From NCBI GenBank assembly GCA_964016885.1, contig OZ024758.1, forward strand, positions 28,520,001 to 28,584,000: a stretch of DNA of 64,000 bases, in the 5' to 3' direction. Source of the stretch: Eledone cirrhosa. Its lineage: Eukaryota. Positions 14,568 through 28,461 of the stretch are shown here, piece after piece. Under the pieces are notes generated by a model. That model did not search any database and was not told the origin of the DNA. It was given only the letters and a program-made list of their open reading frames with translations. How positions within the stretch are numbered: the stretch's first letter is position 1; each line of letters begins with the position of its first letter. Position numbers and translations under genes: made by a program.

Positions 14568-15063
14568 CTATGAAATCAAATAATAAATGTAATATTTAGA
14601 AGCTGATGTAAAATAAATACAAAATTCATACATACAAATAATTTTTTTTATATTTTCATTACATTGGGTTTGCAATCACAAGGTTGTGAATTCAAAAATC
14701 TATTTTCTATAATCATTACCAAACCTGATTAAATTTTAGATACTCTCTTTTACTAATTTTAGATACTCTCTTTTACTAATAATTTTGCAGCTCTTGTAAA
14801 TGGGTCATTTATATTTATATTTCTTGTTATTCATTAAACTAAGGATTGTAAAATTTGAGATGAACTAATTATATTAGTTCTTAAAGGAAACATTTTGTAA
14901 ATAGCTTGAGGAATAATAAAAAGGAATAGAGATAATTTGTTTTACCAACACATACAACTCATGCTTTTGAAAATAATGAAATTTTACATTTGTTACACAG
15001 AATTCATTATGATTAAAATTTTCAGTAACCAGGATCGAAAAAGCACGGAAAAACTGAAATTAC

Positions 15064-15165
15064 CTGAAGTTTGTGATCTGATTCTCCAATAGTACACGCA
15101 ATCGCTCCTTAATTTCATCGAACTTCTCCTTTTCAGAGAGAAGAACTGTTCCTATGCCATCAGGC
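15064..15165 (-). CDS. CADPS: CADPS exon
   Basis: ttgcag/gtaatt; 102 nt; [33 protein letters not shown](R). Confidence 0.96.
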
Positions 15166-15636
15166 CTGCAAAATATATGAAATTTCATAGAAACAGCTAT
15201 AAAATGTTATTCTTATACTGATATTTAAATAAATATAAATATTACAAATCAGATACTATGTTAGAATAAAGGTAGTTGAATTTATTTGAAAAGTGTCTTG
15301 TTCTGGTATTTAATGCAACAAGAATTTTATTTTTGCAATGGTGAAGCAGCTGTATTGAAATGGAGAGAGTTGACATTGAGTTGTTACAGGGAAGTAACTC
15401 TTACTAACAGTAAATTCTATTGCTACTATTTATTAATCAAAGAATGAGAAGCACTCATAGTGTTTGTAGGTCATCTCTGACTGGAGAGATCAATGCAGTC
15501 GATGTTGAGATAAAATCTATGGGTCATTTATATTTATATTTCTTGTTGTTCATTAAACTAATGATTGTAGAATTTGAGATGAACTAATTCTATTAGTTCT
15601 TAAAGGAAACATTTTGCAAACAGTTTGAGGAATAAT

Positions 15637-15852
15637 GATTTCTAGTATAGGCACAAGGCCAGTAATTTGGGGGAGGGGAATGTCGATTAAATCGACCCCA
15701 GTACGTGACTGGTACTTTATTTTATCGACCCCGTAAGGATGAAAGGCAAAGTTAACCTCGGCGGGAGCTGAACTCAGATCATAAAAGGCCGTAACTCTAT
15801 GCTGCAAAGCATGGTGTCTGACTCTTTCCCGATACTGCCAATCCACTGCCCT
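15637..15852 (-). mobile_element. tRNA-derived SINE, family A
   Basis: A-box TGGCAGTATCGG and family core; TSD AGTTTGAGRAATAAT at 15622-15636 and 15853-15867. Confidence 0.88.
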
Positions 15853-16145
15853 AGTTTGAGAAATAATAAAAAGAGATAGAGATCATTTGTTTTACCAACA
15901 CAAACAACCCATGTCAGTAAAGGTTTCTGAAGAGTTACGACTCTTCTGGAAAGGAATTATTTAGCAAAGAGTTTAGTGTAGAATTTGAAGGATAAGACAG
16001 AGAAGGTTTGATGAGAGGAGAATTTGGTGGAGATGGGTGGAAGTTGTATACAACATGGTTGTGAGAAAAGCAGAGCATATTGTGATAGAGACAGAAAAGG
16101 CAGAGAAAAGAAATATAGTATTTGCAATCAATTAAGCAAGAAAAC

Positions 16146-16566
16146 ATAATGGTTTTTGATTTAGGCTCAAGGCCAACAATTTTGGGGGAGGGGAAAGTAT
16201 ATTAAATCGACTCCAGTACATTACTGGTACTTTATTTTATTGACCCCTGTAAGGATGAAAGGCAGAACCAGCCTCGGTGGGATTTGAACACAGAACGTAA
16301 AGGTCCGTAACTCTCTTCCACAAAGCATCTTGTCCGACACTCTACTGATACTGTCAATCAACCACCCTAATAAACATAATTGTTTCTACTTTTGGCACAA
16401 GGCCAGCAATTACCCCAGTGCATTACTGGTACTTTATTTTATCGACCCCGTAAGGATGAAAGGTAAAGTTAACCACAGTGGGATTTGAACTCAGAACGTA
16501 AAGGGCCATAACTTTATGCTGCAAAGCATGGTGTCTGACACTCTACCAATACTGCTAATCCATTGC
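16146..16566 (-). mobile_element. two tandem SINE family A copies
   Basis: two successive AATTGTTTC...GGCACAAGGCC...GATTTGAAC units. Confidence 0.85.
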
Positions 16567-16743
16567 ATAACCAATACTGCCTACATTCTACCAATGCTGC
16601 TAATCCACCGCATGTTTTTGACATAAACATATTTCAAAAACAGTAGCACTAATTATTTTGGAGGTCTGATTCATCAGATGAGAGAAATTAAACACAATAA
16701 CACTCCTAAAATACATTTCAAATTGCTAAATATATCAAAGATA

Positions 16744-17088
16744 GAGGCACATGGCTTAGTGGTTAGAGCATTGGGCTTGCAATCGAAAGGTTGTGAGTTC
16801 AATTCTCAGACCGGGTGATGTGTTGTTTCTTTGAGCAAGACACTTTATTTCACATTGCTCCAGTTTACTCAGCTGTAGAAATGAGATGATAGGGACTGGG
16901 GTCCCTATCATTCCACTGCAAAGTGGCCGTGGAGGTGCCACGGCAAAAAGAGCACCCAGCACTCACTGTAAATGAGGTTGGTGTTAGGAAGGGCATCCAG
17001 CTGTAGAAATCAAGCCAGAATCAGTTCCCGTCTCACCCTGGCAAGCAGGGAAAAGTGGACGTAAAATGATGATGATGATGCTGATGAT
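16744..17088 (+). mobile_element. tRNA-derived SINE family B with RTE-like (GAT)n tail
   Basis: A box TGGCTTAGTGG, B box GAGTTCAATTC, TTGAGCAAGACACTT core, tail GGACGTAAAATGATGATG shared with the LINE fragment at 13670-13987. Confidence 0.87.
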
Positions 17089-17132
17089 ATGTATTTATAA
17101 AAACAAGTGATATTAGTAAAATAATTTCTTAC

Positions 17133-17320
17133 CTATTTCCATGAACGTGGGATGCACAAAAGGCAAAACTATAGTGAATTAAGGTTGGGTCAATCATGGT
17201 TCCTTTTTCAGCCCGAGTCAGTAAATCATTCAAATAACAAAGGTGCCGATGACAACCTCGGACCCCATAACGAGCAGTATATTCATCCAAAACAAAAACT
17301 TGGCCAGGACTAAACCAACC
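17133..17320 (-). CDS. CADPS: CADPS exon
   Basis: ttttag/gtaaga; 188 nt; [62 protein letters not shown](R), a highly conserved CAPS segment. Confidence 0.97.
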
Positions 17321-17815
17321 CTAAAAACAAAATAGGTAATCAGAATTAACTCTTAACATTCTGTAGTGATTTAGCAGACACTGCATACTTTAAGACACTC
17401 ATGCTTCCCGAAATACGCCAAAACTACACCTGATGTACCCCTTCCATACACATGCACACATGTGTGTATCATGACTCGTGCACTGTTCATTTTACTGATG
17501 TTTGTGCATTGCCCTATGTACTGTACATGCACTTTTTTGATGAGTTGTGGTGCACCTGGGCACTGTACACAATATTTCATTATTGTTATTGTTATTATAT
17601 CATGACTCATACACTGTTCATTTTCCTGACATTTGTACATTATTCTATGTACTATACATGCACCTTTGATGAGTTGTAGTGCACCTGAGCACTGTACACA
17701 ATAATTTCATTATTATTATTATTATTTTAAAATGTCTAAAAGCAGTCTTGTTAATTCAAATGTTTATAGTATCTTTACTAATGGACAGGTCATTATAAAA
17801 TTTTGGCGTAAACTT

Positions 17816-18073
17816 TAATGTAAAAACTTGAATTTTTAACCTCTTCAGTGCCGTAGACAAGATAACTCGTCCTAACATGTTTGAACTCCTTTCCAACAGT
17901 TCATAACTTCAAATTTATGATCTCGTTTCCAAAAAGTTCATAACTTCAAAGCTAGACGGGATTACTAGTTTATTGATGTGATGTTTGTCAATCAAAATAG
18001 TCATTTTACTGAAAGAAAACCTGACACAGCAACTGTAGCTGTGTAAAATATACAGAGTAGCCAACAAGTTAAT
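17816..18073. mobile_element. second TTAA-flanked MITE; inverted copy at ~30821-31064
   Basis: TTAACCTCTTCAGT...CCAACAAGTTAA; reverse-complement match ending ACTGAAGAGGTTAA. Confidence 0.7.
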
Positions 18074-18641
18074 GTGGGGTGCAATTACAGTGCTATTTTG
18101 TACTTTTCAAGAATGCTTTGTTAATGCAGTTTCATGTGGTACAGAACATTAAATGTTAACATACGAGTAGAAGAATAGATAAAAACAGTAAATGGATATC
18201 TATATGTATCTTTTATGTGCAATCAGAATTAAAACAGTTTCATCACAGCTAGTAAAAGTGGTTGCCTGTACAACTGAGGGCATGTCTGAGAGAGCTACTA
18301 TAAACAGCAATGACCCCCTATGACAGTTCCTGGGGGTTCCACTCACTCCTAATGTTTCATTTGAGAAGGCACTATTGTAGTATACCTTTCTTCAGTTATC
18401 AACTTTTACTTATACTATTTACGTTGATTTTTTTATAACTGTTATAAATATTTTCCAAAAGCATACTCATTGGTTTTATACTAGAAATAAGGTTTATAGT
18501 TATCATAATAAATTTAGAGGAAGTTACTATAATAATATCTATTAGTTGATTAGTATCATATAAAAAAGAAACAACTATAGTGTGTGTAACTTTCTTTTTA
18601 AAAAATATACTAATTTGATTAATTCCTGAGATAAAAATGAA

Positions 18642-19056
18642 AATAATTGTTTCTACTTTAGGCACAAGACCAGCAGTTATCTCACCGCATCACTGGTACT
18701 TTAGTTTATCGACCCCGTAAGGATGAAAGGCAAAGTTAAGCTCGGCAGGATTTGAACTCAGATCATAAAGGGCCGTAACTCTATACAGCAAAGCATAGCG
18801 TCCGACCCTCTACCGATACTGCCAATCCACCGCCTCTTTTAAAATAATTAAAATAATACTAATTAAAATAATTGTTTCTACTTTAGGCACAAGGCCAGCA
18901 ATTACCCAGTGCATTACTGGTACTTTATTTTATCGACCCCGTAAGGATGAAAGGCAAAGTCAACCTCGGCGGGATTTGAACTCAGATCGTAAAGGGACGT
19001 AACTATGCTGGAAAGCAACGCGTCCAACCCTCTACCGATACTGCCAATCCACCGCC
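18642..19056 (-). mobile_element. two tandem full-length SINE family A copies
   Basis: each starts GGCGGTGGATTGGCAGTATCGG (A box) and has GAGTTCAAATCC (B box) on the minus strand. Confidence 0.9.
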
Positions 19057-19345
19057 CAATCCAATACTAATTAAAATAATACCAATTAAAACTACCTGTA
19101 AAGCAGCCCACGATCTACAACACTATTCTGTTTATCATAATTTTATGTAAGAGTCTTTGTTATAATATGTTCCAAATACCAACTGAATAACAAGAAAGTC
19201 ATATCACTAAGTTCTTCATAATGCTTGATTATTTTCAAAAGTAAGAGAAACCCACAGACAGTGTCTTTCCTTAGAAATACGGTAATGAAAGGGTTAAATG
19301 CAACGATGAAAATCAAAATAAAAAAAATAGTTCAAGTATACTTAC

Positions 19346-19482
19346 TAATGATGTATAAGTATCATTTAATCTATAATCAAGAGATAAATTTTGCAGAAGG
19401 CTAAACATTTCGTGATGATCAAAGAGACATGGATCTGCCTGGACAAATTCATCTAATCCATGTTTTCGAGCTCTATCTGCAT
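19346..19482 (-). CDS. CADPS: CADPS exon
   Basis: ttctag/gtaagt; 137 nt; (D)ADRARKHGLDEFVQADPCLFDHHEMFSLLQNLSLDYRLNDTYTSL. Confidence 0.96.
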
Positions 19483-19595
19483 CTAGAAAATAAATTCATA
19501 ATAATAAATAAAAAGGGTTAAGTTAAAATTCTTAAAATAATCTTAACTATTAATTAAAGTTTAAATATTCTTAACTGTTGATTATATGAACTTCT

Positions 19596-22500
19596 CCAAC
19601 TAAGGGTTAAATAACTTCACCAACCCACAAGTGGCCAAGCATAGTAAGTACAGCTACACTCCTAACATGACCATCCACCCCAACTAAGGGTTAAATAACT
19701 TCACCAACCCACAAGTGGCCAAGCATAGTAAGTACAGCTACACTCCTAACATGACCATCCACCCCAACTATGGGTTAAATAGCTTCACCAACCCACAGTT
19801 AACCAAGCATGATAAGTACAGCTACACTCCTGACATGACCATCCACCCCAACTATGGGTTAAATAGCTTCACCAACCCACAGTTAACCAAGCATGGTAAG
19901 TACAGCTACACTCCTGACATGACCATCCACCCAACTATGGGTTAAATAGCTTCACCAACCCACAAGTGGCCAAGCATAGTAAGTACAGCTACACTCCTAA
20001 CATGACCATCCACCCAACTATGGGTTAAATAGCTTCACCAACCCACAGTTAACCAAGCATGGTAAGTACAGCTACACTCCTGACATGACCATCCACCCCA
20101 ACAAAGGGTTAAATAGATTCACCAACCCACAATTGCCCAAGCATGGTAAGTACAGCTACACTCCTGACATGACCATCCACCCCAACTAAGGGTTAAATAG
20201 ATTCACCAACCCACAATTAACCAAGCATGGTAAGTACAGCTACACTCCTAACATGACCATCCACCCCAACTAATGGTTAAATAGCTTCACCAACCCACAA
20301 TTAACCAAGCATGGTAAGTACAGCTACACTCCTGATATGACCACCCACCCTAACTATGGGTTAAATAGCTTCACCAACCCACAATTAGCCAAGCATGGTA
20401 AGTACAGCTACACTCCTGACATGACCATCCACCCCAACTATGGGTTAAATAGCTTCACCAACCCACAATTAGCCAAGCATGGTAAGTACAGCTACACTCC
20501 TAACATGACCATCCACCCTAACTATGGGTTAAATAGCTTCACCAACCCACAATTAACCAAGCATGGTAAGTACAGCTACACTCCTGACATGACCATCCAC
20601 CCCAACTAAGGGTTAAATAGCTTCACCAAGCCACAATTAACCAAGCATGGTAAGTACAGCTACACTCCTGACATGACCATCCACCCCAACTAAGGGTTAA
20701 ATAGCTTCACCAACCCACAATTAACCAAGCATGGTAAGTACAGCTACATTCCTGACATGACCATCCACCCCAACTAAGGGTTAAATAGCTTCACCAACCC
20801 ACAATTAACCAAGCATGGTAAGTACAGCTACACTCCTGACATGACCATCCACCCCAACTAAGGGTTAAATAGCTTCACCAACCCACAATTAACCAAGCAT
20901 GGTAAGTACAGCTACATTCCTGACATGACCATCCACCCCAACTAAGGGTTAAATAGCTTCACCAACCCACAATTAACCAAGCATGGTAAGTACAGCTACA
21001 CTCCTGACATGACCATCCACCCCAACTAAGGATTAAATAGCTTCACCAACCCACAATTAACCAAGCATGGTAAGTACAGCTACACTCCTGACATGACCAT
21101 CCACCCCAACTAAGGATTAAATAGCTTCACCAACCCACAATTAACCAAGCATGGTAAGTACAGCTACACTCCTGACATGACCATCCACCCCAACTAAGGG
21201 TTAAATAGCTTCACCAACCCACAATTAACCAAGCATGGTAAGTACAGCTACACTCCTGACATGACCATCCACCCCAACTAAGGGTTAAATAGCTTCACCA
21301 ACCCACAATTAACCAAGCATGGTAAGTACAGCTACACTCCTGACATGACCATCCACCCCAACTAAGGGTTAAATAGCTTCACCAACCCACAATTAACCAA
21401 GCATGGTAAGTACAGCTACATTCCTGACATGACCATCCACCCCAACTAAGGGTTAAATAGCTTCACCAACCCACAATTAACCAAGCATGGTAAGTACAGC
21501 TACACTCCTGACATGACCATCCACCCCAACTAAGGGTTAAATAGCTTCACCAACCCACAATTAACCAAGCACGGTAAGTACAGCTACATTCCTGACATGA
21601 CCATCCACCCCAACTAAGGGTTAAATAGCTTCACCAACCCACAATTAACCAAGCATGGTAAGTACAGCTACACTCCTGACATGACCATCCACCCCAACTA
21701 AGGGTTAAATAGCTTCACCAACCCACAATTAACCAAGCACGGTAAGTACAGCTACATTCCTGACATGACCATCCACCCCAACTAAGGGTTAAATAGCTTC
21801 ACCAACCCACAATTAACCAAGCATGGTAAGTACAGCTACACTCCTGACATGACCATCCACCCCAACTAAGGGTTAAATAGCTTCACCAACCCACAATTAA
21901 CCAAGCATGGTAAGTACAGCTACACTCCTGACATGACCATCCACCCCAACTAAGGGTTAAATAGCTTCACCAACCCACAATTAACCAAGCATGGTAAGTA
22001 CAGCTACACTCCTGACATGACCATCCACCCCAACTAAGGGTTAAATAGCTTCACCAACCCACAATTAACCAAGCATGGTAAGTACAGCTATACTCCTGAT
22101 ATGACCATCCACCCCAACTATGGGTTAAATAGCTTCACCAACCCACAATTGGCCAAGCATGGTGAGTACAGCTACACTCCTGACATGACCATCCACCCCA
22201 ACTAAGGGTTAAATAGCTTCACCAACCCACAATTAACCAAGCATGGTAAGTACAGCTACACTCCTGACATGACCATCCACCCCAACTAAGGGTTAAATAG
22301 CTTCACCAACCCACAATTAACCAAGCACGGTAAGTACAGCTACACTCCTGACATGACCATCCACCCCAACTAAGGGTTAAATAGCTTCACCAACCCACAA
22401 TTAACCAAGCATGGTAAGTACAGCTACATTCCTGACATGACCATCCACCCCAACTAAGGGTTAAATAGCTTCACCAACCCACAATTAACCAAGCATGGTA

Positions 22501-24370
22501 AGTACAGCTACATTCCTGACATGACCATCCACCCCAACTAAGGGTTAAATAGCTTCACCAACCCACAATTAACCAAGCATGGTAAGTACAGCTACATTCC
22601 TGACATGACCATCCACCCCAACTAAGGGTTAAATAGCTTCACCAACCCACAATTAACCAAGCATGGTAAGTACAGCTACATTCCTGACATGACCATCCAC
22701 CCCAACTAAGGGTTAAATAGCTTCACCAACCCACAATTAACCAAGCATGGTAAGTACAGCTACATTCCTGACATGACCATCCACCCCAACTAAGGGTTAA
22801 ATAGCTTCACCAACCCACAATTAACCAAGCATGGTAAGTACAGCTACATTCCTGACATGACCATCCACCCCAACTAAGGGTTAAATAGCTTCACCAACCC
22901 ACAATTAACCAAGCATGGTAAGTACAGCTACATTCCTGACATGACCATCCACCCCAACTAAGGGTTAAATAGCTTCACCAACCCACAATTAACCAAGCAT
23001 GGTAAGTACAGCTACACTCCTGACATGACCATCCACCCCAACTAAGGGTTAAATAGCTTCACCAACCCACAATTAACCAAGCATGGTAAGTACAGCTACA
23101 TTCCTGACATGACCACCCACCCTAACTATGGGTTAAATAGCTTCACCAACCCACAATTAACCAAGCATGGTAAGTACAGCTACACTCCTGACATGACCAT
23201 CCACCCCAACTAAGGGTTAAATAGCTTCACCAACCCACAATTAACCAAGCATGGTAAGTACAGCTACACTGCTGATATGACCATCCACCCCAACTATGGG
23301 TTAAATAGCTTCACCAACCCACAATTAGCCAAGCATGGTAAGTACAGCTACATTCCTGACATGACCATCCACCCCAACTAAGGGTTAAATAGCTTCACCA
23401 ACCCACAATTAACCAAGCATGGTAAGTACAGCTACACTCCTGACATGACCAGCCACCCTAACTATGGGTTAAATAGCTTCACCAACCCACAATTAACCAA
23501 GCATGGTAAGTACAACTACATTCCTGACATGACCACCCACCCTAACTAAGGGTTAAATAGCTTCACCAACCCACAATTGGCCAGGCATGGTAAGTACAGC
23601 TACATTCCTGACATGACCATCCACCCCAACTAAGGGTTAAATAGCTTCACCAACCCACAATTAACCAAGCATGGTAAGTACAGCTACATTCCTGATATGA
23701 CCACCCACCCTAACTATGGGTTAAATAGCTTCACCAACCCACAATTAACCAATCATGGTAAGTACAGCTACACTCCTGACATGACCATCCACCCCAACTA
23801 TGGGTTAAATAGCTTCACCAACCCACAATTAACCAAGCATGGTAAGTACAGTTACACTCCTGACATGACCATCCACCCCAACTATGGGTTAGATAGCTTC
23901 ACCAACCCACAATTGGCCAGGCATGGTAAGTACAGCTACATTCCTGACATGACCATCCACCCTAACTATGGGTTAAATAGCTTCACCAACCCACAATTAA
24001 CCAAGCATGGTAAGTACAGCTACATTCCTGACATGACCATCCACCCCAACGATGGGTTAAATAGCTTCACCAACCCACAATTAACCAAGCATGGTAAGTA
24101 CAGCTACACTCCTGACATGACCATCCACCCCAAATATGGGTTAAATAGCTTCACCAACCCACAATTGGCCAGGCATGGTAAGTACAGCTACACTCCTGAC
24201 ATGACCATCCACCCCAACTAAGGGTTAAATAGCTTCACAAACCCACAGTTAACCAAGCATGGTAAGTACAGCTACACTCCTGACATGACCACCCACCCTA
24301 ACTATGGGTTAAATAGCTTCACCAACCCACAGTTAACCAAGCATGGTAAGTACAGCTACACTCCTGACAT
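19596..24370. repeat. 84-bp tandem satellite, ~57 copies
   Basis: unit ACTAAGGGTTAAATAGCTTCACCAACCCACAATTAACCAAGCATGGTAAGTACAGCTACACTCCTGACATGACCATCCACCCCA. Confidence 0.98.
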
Positions 24371-24460
24371 CACCAAAATCAATCAGGAAGCGGTGAAGGC
24401 ACACCAGGGAGGGGTTCCCCCAACAGGAGTGAGAAGGCCCTAGATTGGATTGATTATAGG

Positions 24461-24676
24461 TTAACCCTTTAGCATTTACATTACTCTCTATATACTATTG
24501 CATTTTCATGGTAACGGCTTTATCTCACATAATATCGAATCTATGAGATTTTGATATTATTCATTTTGAGAACAATACCTTAACATCAGTATGAGCAGCA
24601 GGTTACAGCCAGTTCAAACAGAAAGAGGTGAGAGAATTCTGGCCAGATATGGTCGGTTTCAATGATAAAGGGTTAA
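24461..24676. mobile_element. piggyBac-type MITE (~215 bp), representative copy
   Basis: TTAA-CCCTTTAGCATTT...AATG(C/A)TAAAGGG-TTAA; other copies at ~7478-7830, 8385-8722, 14228-14442, 27069-28604, 29248-29389, 30422-30643, 34847-35063, 36076-36291, 36540-36979, 37417-37635. Confidence 0.85.
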
Positions 24677-24926
24677 AGATTGCTGTTGTTGTAGCTGAGT
24701 ATCATTGATTTTATCTGCTTGACAGCTCAAAACATAATTCTATTGCTCTTTCTTTAAACTTTATAACCTGATCCAACAATTTGATGCCTCTCTAATTGCC
24801 CCTCTCTAGAGCAGAGGTTCACAAACTTTTTGGTCGCGCTCCCCCTCACAGCCACGTAATACTCTCAGCACCACCCCATCCTTATTTCCAGAAAGACCTC
24901 CCTACACGCAAATTGTAAATAATATA

Positions 24927-24956
24927 TCATTAACTATAAAAGGCAGATTGTTGTTG

Positions 24957-25002
<46 letters not shown>

Positions 25003-25313
25003 ATGTTCCATGTTTATACATTTGCACAATTTTAAACCGATTCGACTCAAAGTCTGTAAGAATGTTGTAAATGGTCTAACTTAGGTCAACGACTATTTAT
25101 TAATTTCAAACTCGCCCACAATTACGGAAATAATCGATGAAACTAAATACATGACGCTTTACCCCTCTAATACAATCTGATTTCCTCTCTCTACTTCCCT
25201 TAAAATTTGATAAAACTACATACATGCTGCAACTTTCTCTTATATACACTTAAACTTACAAACTTCCTTTAGGAACGCCGAAGAAAGAAGAGAGAAAGAA
25301 ATGAAGGAGAGAG

Positions 25314-25374
<61 letters not shown>

Positions 25375-25937
25375 TTTGTTTTTGAGTGTGGAATGGTCAA
25401 ACATTTATTTACTTCAATGACAACAATTATTCAAAAGCAACAGATAAATTTATTCAACAACAAAATAAAATAGCGATAAATCTTTTTTAAAACATCTCTC
25501 AACAAACGTGGAAGAAAGAAGTATCAGTTTATTTACTATACACAATAATATCCTCTATGAGGTCACTAAACCTGCTAGAAACAGCAGCTAACTCTCCCCC
25601 ATATCATACCCCTCCCTACTGTCTTAAATTTAGAAAACACACATTAGACAACCATGCAGAACAACTCCATCGCAGCTCTGTTGTTCGGCTGGCATCGTCT
25701 ACGCGCGTGTTGTGCAAGTACTGTGAAACAATAAATTTCAACACTTCTGTGCACAGAGATAATATCCATAGGCGAAACTACAATTGTCACTGCTGGCGCA
25801 GCTCCTGCTTCGGCAGTCCAGGTCTGCAATTCATTCACCCAGTGCCTGGCAGACAAAAAAGTGGTGCCATAAAATGGGTGGTGCAACCTAACTTTGGTAA
25901 CTTACTGACCCCGAGCAACGCCGGGCTTTAATGCTAG
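24927..25937 (+). mobile_element. non-autonomous Helitron-like element nested in a hAT MITE
   Basis: 5' TC, 3' hairpin CCCGAGCAACGCCGGG (25910-25925) then CTAG, inserted at A|T with no TSD; empty site seen in the related MITE near 52040-52066. Confidence 0.82.
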
Positions 25938-26646
25938 TAATAAATAAAATCGTTACTTTATATATCATAAATAATATAGAATATACTATGTATGAATAAA
26001 TATATATTTTTTATTTTACTATATTTATATATAATATGTATCATTTGATATTTAATATACTATTATATCATCTCTACCACTCCTGAGTGCATCTTGGGAA
26101 GCTGGTGACATTTGTTTATGTCCCATATACACAAGACGTCCTGTCATTCAATGGTTTATCATGTGAAGACCAGTGAAATAAAATATTAATACTTTATTTA
26201 AAAACAAATCCGGGTTGGAAGGGTATCAAGCTGTAAAAATCATGCCTCAGAAAGTCTCTTCCAGCCCATGCCAGCATAAAAAAGTGGATATTAAAACAAT
26301 AAGGACAATATGATAATAAATAAATATAAATAAATATATCAAAGGTATATATTGAGTTAGAAACTCAAAATAGTCTCTGACAATAAAATAGCTCTAGGAA
26401 AGAGATTTTTCCGAGCCATATATTATAATTGAATATAAAAGAAAAACGAACACAGACATATACATATATGTGTTCAAATCGTAAGGGACCAGATTCGCTA
26501 AGGTGAAAAGAATACTAACTATAGACAATAGGGTTTGCCAGACTCAATTTAAGAATAAATCAAGAAAATAAATACAAACCGGAATTGTGGTAACTACCAA
26601 TCACCTAGACAACAATTATAAATAAATATATATGTATATATCTTAC

Positions 26647-26844
26647 CTCCTTGCATTCTTGATATCTGAGTATTGCTAATTTTATTAGTTTGCATTACAG
26701 GAGGTACAGGCTTGTGTGTCTGTCCTGTAGCTCGATATATTGCTTGAACCCACAGTGTACGCTCCGTTTCATCTTCCGTAGCAAATGTTACAGTGTCACC
26801 TTCCTTCACAATGTTGAAGAAATATTTTCCCCCTTCCATGAACT
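26647..26844 (-). CDS. CADPS: CADPS exon (PH domain C-terminal half and linker)
   Basis: taacag/gtaaga; 198 nt; (E)[65 protein letters not shown]; lies within ORF 26594..26875. Confidence 0.96.
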
Positions 26845-27077
26845 CTGTTATAAAGGAAAGAAATAATATAATCATTTACATTACAATTAATATCTGAAAA
26901 CTGCTGACTGTAATTGTCAGCACCATTAGTGTATCAATATTTCAGTAATTTTTCAATTTGGCTTGAAATACACAGCTATTTTTCTAGAATAAATCAGATG
27001 CCATGTTGTGTTATTAAGGTAAGACCTGGACCAATACTGACTGAAACCTATCAAAGTTATGTACAGAATTAACCCTT

Positions 27078-28461
27078 TAACATTTACATTACTCTCTATA
27101 TACTATTGTATTTTCATGGTAAACACTTTATGTCATATAATTAGCTCACATAACATTTACATTACTCTCTATATACTATTGTATTTTCATGGTAAACACT
27201 TTATGTCATATAATTAGCTCACATAACATTCACATTACTCTGTATATACTATTGTATTTTCATGGTAAACACTTTATGTCATATAATTAGCTCACATAAC
27301 ATTCACATTACTCTCTATATACTATTGTATTTTCATGGTAAACACTTTATGTCATATAATTAGCTCACATAACATTTACATTACTCTCTATATACTATTG
27401 TATTTTCATGGTAAACACTTTATGTCATATAATTAGCTCACATAACATTTACATTACTCTCTATATACTATTGTATTTTCATGGTAAACACTTTATGTCA
27501 TATAATTAGCTCACATAACATTCACATTACTCTCTATATACTATTGTATTTTCATGGTAAACACTTTATGTCACATAATTAGCTCACATAACATTCACAT
27601 TACTCTCTATATACTATTGTATTTTCCTGGTAAACACTTTATGTCATATAATTAGCTCACATAACATTTACATTACTCTCTATATACTATTGTATTTTCA
27701 TGGTAAACACTTTATGTCATATAATTAGCTCACATAACATTCACATTACTCTGTATATACTATTGTATTTTCATGGTAAACACTTTATGTCATATAATTA
27801 GCTCACATAACATTCACATTACTCTCTATATACTATTGTATTTTCATGGTAAACACTTTATGTCATATAATTAGCTCACATAACATTTACATTACTCTCT
27901 ATATACTATTGTATTTTCATGGTAAACACTTTATGTCATATAATTAGCTCACATAACATTTACATTACTCTCTATATACTATTGTATTTTCATGGTAAAC
28001 ACTTTATGTCATATAATTAGCTCACATAACATTCACATTACTCTCTATATACTATTGTATTTTCATGGTAAACACTTTGTCACATAATTAGCTCACATAA
28101 CATTCACATTACTCTCTATATACTATTGTATTTTCCTGGTAAACACTTTATGTCATATAATTAGCTCACATAACATTTACATTACTCTCTATATACTATT
28201 GTATTTTCATGGTAAAGGCTTTATGTCACATAATTAGCTCACATAACATTCACATTACTCTCTATATACTATTGTATTTTCATGGTAAACACTTTATGTC
28301 ACATAATTAGCTCACATAACATTCACATTACTCTCTATATACTATTGTATTTTCATGGTAAATACTTTGTCATATAATTAGCTCACATAACATTCACATT
28401 ACTCTGTATATACTATTGTATTTTCATGGTAAACACTTTATGTCACATAATTAGCTCACAT
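27078..28461. repeat. 73-bp tandem array, ~19 copies, inside a piggyBac-type MITE
   Basis: unit TAACATTYACATTACTCTCTATATACTATTGTATTTTCATGGTAAACACTTTATGTCATATAATTAGCTCACA; same sequence occurs once in the other MITE copies. Confidence 0.97.

Noticed and set aside
16744-16815. tRNA gene
   Set aside because: A/B boxes are present but it is a SINE head continuing into core and LINE tail; no complete cloverleaf evident.
19715-24221. ORFs with a 28-aa repeat
   Set aside because: Most 84-bp units contain an in-frame TAA; ORFs appear only where a variant removes it.
25557-25931. 124-aa ORF inside the Helitron
   Set aside because: No Rep/helicase motifs or recognisable domain.
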